32,000 nt of DNA from an uncultured Chloroflexia bacterium (GTDB taxonomy: Bacteria > Chloroflexota > Anaerolineae > Anaerolineales > Anaerolineaceae). This document shows, in pieces, positions 26,655 to 32,000 of this stretch. The stretch covers positions 120,001-152,000 of the forward strand of contig OY969938.1 in the NCBI GenBank assembly GCA_963704755.1, in the 5' to 3' direction. Positions within the stretch are counted from its first letter, which is position 1. Every line of letters begins with the position of its first letter. Position numbers and translations under genes: made by a program. The notes under the pieces are model-generated. The model did no database searches and was not told the origin of the DNA. It worked only from the letters and a program-made list of their open reading frames with translations.

Positions 26655-26707
26655 AGAAAAAAAGACAAAAAAATGGGCACGGAGTTTCTAGAATTTACTC
26701 CGTGCCC
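26655..26707 (-). terminator. intrinsic terminator of the 49-codon ORF
   Basis: The minus strand reads GGGCACGGAGT-AAATTCTAGAA-ACTCCGTGCCC, an 11 bp stem, followed by ATTTTTTTGTCTTTTTTT. It lies 41 nt after the stop. Confidence 0.85.
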
Positions 26708-26748
26708 TGGGTTGCATGGGTTCTTTCTCGGTCATCATGGGCTCGCTT

Positions 26749-26898
26749 TTAGCCTCCGGTGGCGACGCGATCATCCAGGAGAATTTCGACCGTTTCCGGG
26801 TCGAGATTGAGCTCGATCGGGAAGGTGATTTTCTCATCTCCGGTTGGCTGGGGTTCAGATACGGATTTAGGTTTGGTTGTGGGTTCCAGCATAATCAT
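26749..26898 (-). CDS. unannotated small ORF, 49 aa, acidic, ending in Gly-Gly
   Basis: My own translation reads MIMLEPTTKPKSVSEPQPTGDEKITFPIELNLDPETVEILLDDRVATGG*. GAAAGGAAA lies immediately upstream of the ATG, with an in-frame TAA 9 codons upstream. A strong terminator lies downstream and a TTGACA-17-TACACT promoter lies 228 nt upstream. It falls below the track's size cut-off. Confidence 0.5.
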   Translation of the reverse strand: MIMLEPTTKPKSVSEPQPTGDEKITFPIELNLDPETVEILLDDRVATGG

Positions 26899-27132
26899 TT
26901 TCCTTTCTTCAATTTGAAAAAAATGGACTTACCAGGTTTGATGTAAATAGCTGAGTAACAATCCGAAAATTACCTGGTGTTTGTTTTGGGTGGATTTGTG
27001 GCCTAAAACAAACACCCAAAAAGATTGTTTTGGATAAGTTCAAAGTACAGACCGGTAAAGTGATCCGGTCTGTACGGGCGTATGAGCTTGTACCTTTAAC
27101 TTCATTGGGGAAGCAGAAATGTTGTTAAATAA

Positions 27133-27161
27133 AGTGTATGGGCAAGCGCGTCGCCTGTCAA
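27133..27161 (-). promoter_or_regulatory. promoter TTGACA-17 nt-TACACT
   Basis: Minus strand: TTGACA at 27161..27156, a 17 nt spacer, TACACT at 27138..27133. It lies downstream of the argH terminator-like hairpin and upstream of the small ORF. Confidence 0.5.
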
Positions 27162-27204
27162 GGTACGAGTAATTCTGGCTAATAGCATTCTCGAGAAAAG
27201 GGTC

Positions 27205-27248
27205 GTTATTGCGAATCCTGGCCGCTATTTGCCGGGGTTCGCAATAAC
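27205..27248. repeat. two-tier hairpin 3' of argH that contains the GCGAAYCCTGGC motif, a possible argGH terminator
   Basis: GTTATTGCGAA / TTCGCAATAAC is an 11 bp stem enclosing CCTGGC..GCCGGGG. On the minus strand it is followed by GACCCTTTTCTC. Confidence 0.55.
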
Positions 27249-27290
27249 AAAATTACGGTTTTTTCGCGGATTTTTAGTGCAACTGCCAAT

Positions 27291-28655
27291 TCACCCAATG
27301 ACGGCTTTGGCTTTGGCAATTTGCTCTTTGACGGCTGAACGGCCGGTACCGCCGGTCAGATTACGCCGGTTGATGGCTGTGAGAGGCTGGACCAGCTCAC
27401 CGAATGCCTTTTCGCCAAAAGCCGGGTGAAAGTCGGACAGATGAACCTGGTCGAGGGGCAGGTTATTGTTTTGGGCGTAGGCAACCACCTGGCCGGTGAT
27501 GCGGTGGGCCTCGCGGAAGGGCACTCCGGCGGCCACCAGGACGTCGGCTAGCTCGGTGGCCAGCATGCTGGGATCGACCGCAGCCAACATCTTTTCCGCT
27601 CGTGGAGTCAGTGTATCCAGGATACCGGTCATGACCGGCAGAAGGGTCAGGACGATGTCCACGGCCTCGAACACGGCCTGTTTGTCCTCTTGCAGGTCCT
27701 TATCGTAGGCAGAAGGGAGACCCTTTAAAGTGGTCAGCAGGCCGGCCAGCTTGCCGGCCAGCGTACCGGCTTTCCCGCGAATCAGCTCGAGCATGTCCGG
27801 GTTCTTTTTTTGCGGCATCAGGGACGAGCCGGTAGTATAGGCGTCGGAGAGGGCGACGAAGCCAAACTCGCTGGTCGCGAACAGGATCAGAGCTTCGGCC
27901 AGACGGGAGAGGTGTACGCCGAGCAAGGCCAGGTCGAACAGGCAGGAAGCGGCCGAATCGCGGTTCGAGACGGCATCCAGGCTGTTGGGACTGGCTTCGG
28001 CGAAGCCCAGATCGGCAGCCAGCAATTCACGGTCGATCGGGAAGGGGGCGCCGGAAAGTGCGCCAGATCCGAGCGGCATGACGTCGCTTTGTTGGGCGAG
28101 CAGGTCCAGGCGCTGGCGGTCGCGCTGGAGCGGCCAGAAATGTGACAGCCACCAGTGTGAAAGCAGGATGGGTTGGGCGCGCTGCAGGTGGGTGTAACCG
28201 GGCATGATGATATCCAGGTCTTTTTCGGCCCGGTCGATCAGTGTCTGTTGCAGCCCGGTGATCGACTCGTCGATTTCGCCAATGACAGACTTCAACCACA
28301 AGTTGAAGTCTGTCATAACCTGGTCATTGCGGCTGCGGCCGGTGTGCAATTTACCGGCTACCGGGCCGATCAACTCCGTCAAGCGCCGTTCGACGGCCGT
28401 ATGGACGTCTTCATCATCGGGCTGCAGGACAAATTGATCCGCCTGGATTTCGGTGAGCACCTGTTTCAACCCGGCGATGATTTGATCCGCTTCAGCGTGG
28501 TCAATAACGCCTGCTTTTTCGATGGCTTTCGCCCAGGCAATCGAGCCGGTCACATCTTGCCCGGCCATGCGGAAATCCACCGAAATCGATGCGTTCAATT
28601 GTGCTGCCAACGGATTGGTATCCTGGCTGAAGCGCCCACCCCATAATTTTGGCAT
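27291..28655 (-). CDS. argH: argininosuccinate lyase
   Basis: 454 aa. LWGGRFS, the GSSLMPQKKNPD signature and HLQRAQP are present. Confidence 0.95.
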   Translation of the reverse strand: MPKLWGGRFSQDTNPLAAQLNASISVDFRMAGQDVTGSIAWAKAIEKAGVIDHAEADQIIAGLKQVLTEIQADQFVLQPDDEDVHTAVERRLTELIGPVAGKLHTGRSRNDQVMTDFNLWLKSVIGEIDESITGLQQTLIDRAEKDLDIIMPGYTHLQRAQPILLSHWWLSHFWPLQRDRQRLDLLAQQSDVMPLGSGALSGAPFPIDRELLAADLGFAEASPNSLDAVSNRDSAASCLFDLALLGVHLSRLAEALILFATSEFGFVALSDAYTTGSSLMPQKKNPDMLELIRGKAGTLAGKLAGLLTTLKGLPSAYDKDLQEDKQAVFEAVDIVLTLLPVMTGILDTLTPRAEKMLAAVDPSMLATELADVLVAAGVPFREAHRITGQVVAYAQNNNLPLDQVHLSDFHPAFGEKAFGELVQPLTAINRRNLTGGTGRSAVKEQIAKAKAVIG

Positions 28656-28666
28656 GAACTCCTCCT

Positions 28667-29947
28667 CTAGTCGCGCTTGAACTTGGTGTAATCCGGCGAT
28701 TCCAGGTCTTCTACTTTGGCAACCTGGTTAATATCGCGCATGGCCTGGACTTTCATCGGCAGGCCGAATAAGGTGATAAAGCCTTCCGCATCGCCCTGGT
28801 CGTACACATCATCCTGGCCGAAGGTGGCGAAGTCTTCGCGATAGAGCGAGTAAGGGCTCTTGCGGCCGGCGGCGATGATGTTGCCCTTGTACAGCTTCAA
28901 GCGTACACTGCCGGTGACGTGTTCCTGGGTTTTGGTGAAGAACAGGTCCAGCGCTTCACGCAGGGGGGTGAACCACAGCCCGTTGTAAACCATCTCGGCG
29001 TATTTCTGGGCGACGGTGTCTTTGTAATGCAGGGTATCGCGGTCGAGGGTGATCTGCTCCAGTTCCTGGTGAGCGGCGACCAGGATCGTCCCGCCGGGCG
29101 TCTCGTACACACCGTGCGATTTCATTCCCACCAGGCGGTTCTCGACCAGGTCGGCCCGGCCGATGGCGTGTTTGCCGCCGATTTCGTTCAGCTTTTTGAC
29201 CATGGTCGCCGGGGAGAGAGCCACACCGTTCAATTTGATCGGGTTACCCTGCTCGAATTCGATTTCAATGATCTCGGGCTCATTCGGCGCGCTTATCGGC
29301 GAGACGGACATCTGGTACATTTCCTCTTCGGGCTCGTTCCAGGGGTCTTCCAGGATGCCGCCTTCATGGGAAAGGTGCCACAGGTTCCTGTCACGGCTGT
29401 AGATCGATTTGAGGGTGGAGGACACCGGAATGTGGTGCGATTCGGCGTAAGCCAGGGCGTCTTCGCGTGAGCGGATATTCCACTCCCGCCAGGGGGCGAT
29501 GACCTTCAGACGCGGATCCAGGGCCATGAAGGTCAATTCGAAGCGGACCTGGTCGTTGCCTTTGCCGGTGCAGCCGTGTGCTACCGCGTCGGCGCCTTCC
29601 TGCTGGGCAATCTTGACCATGCGCGAGGCGATCAGCGGGCGGGCGATGGAGGTGCCCAGGAGATATTTGCGTTCGTAGATGGCGCCGGAGTGCAGCAGCG
29701 GGAAGAGGTAATCTTTGGCAAATTCCTCGGTCAGGTCCTCGATGAAAATCTTGGAGGCGCCGCTGGCCTTGGATTTGGCCGGCAGGCCGGACAGCTCTTC
29801 ACCCTGGCCAACGTCAGCGGTGTAGCAGATCACCTCACAGTTGTAATTCTCAATTAACCAGGGGACGATGACAGAGGTGTCCAGTCCGCCGGAGTAAGCC
29901 AGGACTACCTTTTTAATTTGGGGTTTTGCTTGTTTGATCATGATCAT
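28667..29947 (-). CDS. argG: argininosuccinate synthase
   Basis: 426 aa. [13 protein letters not shown] (ATP pyrophosphatase P-loop), [13 protein letters not shown] and SRDRNLWH are present. The second ATG at 29941 is an equally good start, because AAGGA is 9 nt from it. Confidence 0.95.
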   Translation of the reverse strand: MIMIKQAKPQIKKVVLAYSGGLDTSVIVPWLIENYNCEVICYTADVGQGEELSGLPAKSKASGASKIFIEDLTEEFAKDYLFPLLHSGAIYERKYLLGTSIARPLIASRMVKIAQQEGADAVAHGCTGKGNDQVRFELTFMALDPRLKVIAPWREWNIRSREDALAYAESHHIPVSSTLKSIYSRDRNLWHLSHEGGILEDPWNEPEEEMYQMSVSPISAPNEPEIIEIEFEQGNPIKLNGVALSPATMVKKLNEIGGKHAIGRADLVENRLVGMKSHGVYETPGGTILVAAHQELEQITLDRDTLHYKDTVAQKYAEMVYNGLWFTPLREALDLFFTKTQEHVTGSVRLKLYKGNIIAAGRKSPYSLYREDFATFGQDDVYDQGDAEGFITLFGLPMKVQAMRDINQVAKVEDLESPDYTKFKRD

Positions 29948-29965
29948 TTCCTTTCAGAAGATAAT

Positions 29966-29995
29966 AAAAAAAAGCCCTCCACGAATGGAGGGCTT
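29966..29995 (-). terminator. intrinsic terminator 18 nt upstream of the argG start, a candidate attenuator
   Basis: The minus strand reads AAGCCCUCCA-UUCG-UGGAGGGCUU, a 10 bp stem, followed by an uninterrupted U run that begins in the 3' arm (CUUUUUUUUUAUUAU). The RBS and ATG follow directly. Confidence 0.8.
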
Positions 29996-30040
29996 AACTT
30001 TGCGGAAATAGGGGAGTAGAAATCCCAACCCCTGCCTTAC

Positions 30041-30133
30041 TTACATCCGCAACAGCCGACCTTCCCGTGGAAAATACGGGCTGGTCAGCGTACGACGGGA
30101 GCGAAGTTCGAGCAGGGCAATTGAAGAAATCAT
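30041..30133 (-). CDS. candidate 30-codon Arg-rich leader peptide ORF (speculative)
   Basis: My own translation reads MISSIALLELRSRRTLTSPYFPREGRLLRM*, with 6 Arg codons including tandem CGT CGT. The ATG lies 7 nt after the -10 of the putative promoter, so it would be translated leaderless. There is no SD. Confidence 0.3.
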   Translation of the reverse strand: MISSIALLELRSRRTLTSPYFPREGRLLRM

Positions 30134-30140
30134 TGAAAGC

Positions 30141-30169
30141 ATGTTAACCGCTTCAACCTGATCTGTCAA
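30141..30169 (-). promoter_or_regulatory. promoter TTGACA-17 nt-TAACAT for the argGH leader
   Basis: Minus strand: TTGACA at 30169..30164, a 17 nt spacer, TAACAT at 30146..30141. It lies between the acnA 3' palindrome and the argG attenuator hairpin. Confidence 0.55.
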
Positions 30170-30254
30170 TGGTATTTATGGGATAAATCGATGGCTTTCC
30201 TGAGTTCGTAATGACGATTTTTTCGTAACTACCCAGACTAATGTTAAAGAGGTC

Positions 30255-30307
30255 CCGAATTTGAAGAGTAGATGCGGATTTCGCTCGCATCTACTCTTCA
30301 AATTCGG
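30255..30307. repeat. perfect palindrome, 22 bp stem with a 9 nt loop and CCGAATTTGA termini
   Basis: CCGAATTTGAAGAGTAGATGCG-GATTTCGCT-CGCATCTACTCTTCAAATTCGG. It lies 20 nt downstream of the acnA stop. Confidence 0.9.
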
Positions 30308-30327
30308 TTTTCTTACCTAATAATCTC

Positions 30328-32000
30328 TCAGGCTAAATGAAACAGGATGGTCGGCATGATGCCGCCGTTCTTATAGTAACTGATCTCGTTAGGCGTGTTC
30401 AAGCGCAGGGACACGGTAAAGGTCGTCGCCTTGCCGTCCGGGTGAGTGGCGTGCACCTGGATTTCAGCGCCGGGTGTGAGGCGATCCGCCACGTTTAGGA
30501 TATCCAGGGTTTCTTCTCCGGTCAGCCCAAGGCTGGCGGCGTTTTCACCCGGCTTGAACTGTAAAGGCAGGATACCCATGCCGGCCAAATTGGAACGATG
30601 GATACGTTCGAAAGATTCGGCGATGACGGCCCTGACACCCAGCAGGAGCACACCTTTGGCGGCCCAATCGCGGGAAGAGCCGGTACCGTACTCTTTGCCA
30701 GCGATGACTACCAGGGGTACGCCCTCCTGCTGGTACTTCTGGGCTGCTTCGAAAATGGTGGTTTGCTGGCCGTCCGGGAAGTGGCGGGTGTAGCCGCCCT
30801 CGATCCCCGGCACGAGTTGGTTCTTGAGGCGGATATTGGCAAAGGTTCCGCGAGTCATGATCCGGTCGTTGCCGCGCCGTGAACCGTAGGAATTGAATTC
30901 GGAGGGTTTTACACCCTGGCTGATGAGGTATTCCCCGGCCGGGCTGTTAACGGCAATGGTGCCGGCAGGTGAAATGTGGTCGGTAGTGATCGAATCGCCC
31001 AGCAGAGCCAGTACACGCGCCTGGCGGACATCACCGGCGTTCTTACCCGGTTTGGCGCCCTGGGGGAAGAAGGGTGGTTCTTGCAGGTAAGTCGATTCCT
31101 CGGCCCATTCGTAGAGCGGGCTGTGGCCTGATTTGATGGCTTTCCATTCGATGCTCATATCGAACAGGGAAGCATAGCCATCACGGTACATATCCGGGCT
31201 GATAAATTCTGCGATCAGTTCCTGCACTTCCGCTGAGGTTGGCCAGATATCTTTCAGGTAAACCGGCTGGTCATCCTTGCCAATTCCTAATGGATCCTGG
31301 TTCAGGTCGATGTCCAGGGTCCCGGCCAGGGAGTAGGCTACCACCATCGGTGGGGAAGCGAGGTAATTCGCGCGGGTAAAAGGGCTGACCCGGCCTTCGA
31401 AGTTGCGATTGCCGGAAAGGACGGCGCCTACCACCAGGTTGTTGTCCTTGATCGCCGAAACGATGTTTTCGGGCAGCGGTCCGGAGTTACCAATACAGGT
31501 GGTGCAGCCGTAGCCGACCAGGTTAAACCCGAGCTCTTCCAACGAATCCATCAGGCCGGCTTCTTGCAGATAATCGGTGACCACGCGCGAGCCGGGCGCC
31601 AGGGAGGTTTTTACGTAAGGATGTTTTTTGAGGCCTTTCTCGACCGCTTTTTTAGCCAATAAACCGGCACTGAGCATGACGAAGGGATTGGAAGTATTGG
31701 TGCAGGAGGTAATGGCCGCGATTACGATTGAGCCATGGGTTAATTCAGAAGGGCTGTGATCGGTCTGGACAACCGTTGTGGTACCCAGGGCCTCGGTCGA
31801 GATGCCAAACCCGTTTTGGCTGCGTGGGGTAACCAGGGCATTCTTGAAATTAGCTTTCATTTCGCGCAGGGAGACCCGGTCTTGCGGGCGCTTTGGACCG
31901 GCCAGGCTGGGTTCGATCGAGCCCAGATCGACCGCGATGGTGGTGGTAAATTGCGGTTCGGACGTCTCGGCAGTGCGGAAGAGGCCCTGGCGGCGATAAT
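30328..32000 (-). CDS. acnA: aconitate hydratase A. The C-terminal ~557 codons are present and the 5' end runs off the window.
   Basis: ITSCTNTSNP, GYGCTTCIGNSGPL, LSGNRNFEGR, DSITTDHISPAG and GKEYGTGSSRDWAAKG are aconitase/IRP family motifs. The frame stays open upstream of the track's Met at 31860, out to the window edge. Confidence 0.93.
   Translation of the reverse strand, partial: YRRQGLFRTAETSEPQFTTTIAVDLGSIEPSLAGPKRPQDRVSLREMKANFKNALVTPRSQNGFGISTEALGTTTVVQTDHSPSELTHGSIVIAAITSCTNTSNPFVMLSAGLLAKKAVEKGLKKHPYVKTSLAPGSRVVTDYLQEAGLMDSLEELGFNLVGYGCTTCIGNSGPLPENIVSAIKDNNLVVGAVLSGNRNFEGRVSPFTRANYLASPPMVVAYSLAGTLDIDLNQDPLGIGKDDQPVYLKDIWPTSAEVQELIAEFISPDMYRDGYASLFDMSIEWKAIKSGHSPLYEWAEESTYLQEPPFFPQGAKPGKNAGDVRQARVLALLGDSITTDHISPAGTIAVNSPAGEYLISQGVKPSEFNSYGSRRGNDRIMTRGTFANIRLKNQLVPGIEGGYTRHFPDGQQTTIFEAAQKYQQEGVPLVVIAGKEYGTGSSRDWAAKGVLLLGVRAVIAESFERIHRSNLAGMGILPLQFKPGENAASLGLTGEETLDILNVADRLTPGAEIQVHATHPDGKATTFTVSLRLNTPNEISYYKNGGIMPTILFHLA

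Noticed and set aside
26190-26700. Known structured RNAs in the GC-rich island: tRNA, tmRNA, RNase P RNA, SRP/4.5S RNA, ZTP or a second glycine riboswitch.
   Set aside because: None of the invariant cores I can recall is present: GGTTCGAATCC-type T-loop, GAGGAAAGTCCGG, GGAAGCAGCC, a CCGCCTGGGC pseudoknot partnered with GGGTCGTGAC, or CACCGAAGGGGCAA. This was only an eyeball check.
26214-26946. ORFs 26214..26474 +, 26535..26810 + and 26716..26946 +, and 25846..26373 -, in or beside the large non-coding gap.
   Set aside because: They pass through terminator hairpins and repeats, have Arg/Trp/Gly-rich composition and no RBS. One is antisense to the better-supported 49-codon ORF. One overlaps the lipoprotein gene out of frame.
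29996-30133. T-box or known riboswitch identity for the argG leader.
   Set aside because: I found no T-box 14-mer (..GGTGGTACCGCG..), no stem I AG-bay or specifier architecture, and no recognisable ligand-riboswitch core. It is therefore left as an unclassified attenuator candidate.
1562-30307. Whether the repeated hairpins could be a CRISPR array or a degenerate one.
   Set aside because: They are scattered single or paired palindromes with different sequences. They are not regularly spaced identical direct repeats separated by unique spacers, and no cas genes are present.
1-32000. Mobile genetic element, prophage, defence island or biosynthetic cluster content.
   Set aside because: I recognised no integrase, transposase, phage structural, restriction-modification, toxin-antitoxin, Cas or secondary-metabolite core enzymes. 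The gene content is core metabolism and information processing.

Overview
This is a gene-dense bacterial chromosomal window of about 27 protein genes, mostly housekeeping. I found no rRNA, tRNA, CRISPR array, transposase or recognisable defence genes.

Genes recognised, in window order:
- gcvPA (partial) and gcvH, behind a tandem glycine riboswitch
- rph
- A radical-SAM/HhH 'DNA modification/repair' gene followed by a YbaK-like deacylase
- A SAM methyltransferase and an orphan SpoIIE/PP2C phosphatase
- A GT-like gene, yciI and yigZ
- dnaE followed by two membrane-protein genes
- An FA2H-like hydroxylase, gpmA and a TspO-like gene
- A large hybrid histidine kinase and a DUF218 gene
- An S9 peptidase followed by add
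- dus, a 2x[4Fe-4S] ferredoxin and an M15-like lipoprotein
- argG-argH and acnA (partial)

I did not find a clear multi-gene novel system. The unusual signals are all non-coding or structural:
1. A family of long, perfect palindromes with 15-30 bp stems, mostly capped GC-NNN-GC and several with the CGAAG mini-hairpin. They fill most intergenic gaps, including divergent promoter regions, and fall into sub-families with shared ends.
2. A promoter, an Arg-codon-rich mini-ORF and an intrinsic terminator placed immediately before argG, which looks like a candidate attenuator.
3. An unannotated 1.16 kb gap holding a self-contained 49-codon ORF unit and a GC-rich structured island.
4. Three +1 frame breaks at A/T homopolymers, two in dnaE and one in the S9 peptidase. 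These are probably assembly errors but need checking.
5. Several TATAAT-9 nt-ATG arrangements that suggest leaderless mRNAs.

All calls come from reading the sequence and from motif memory. No database search was run.
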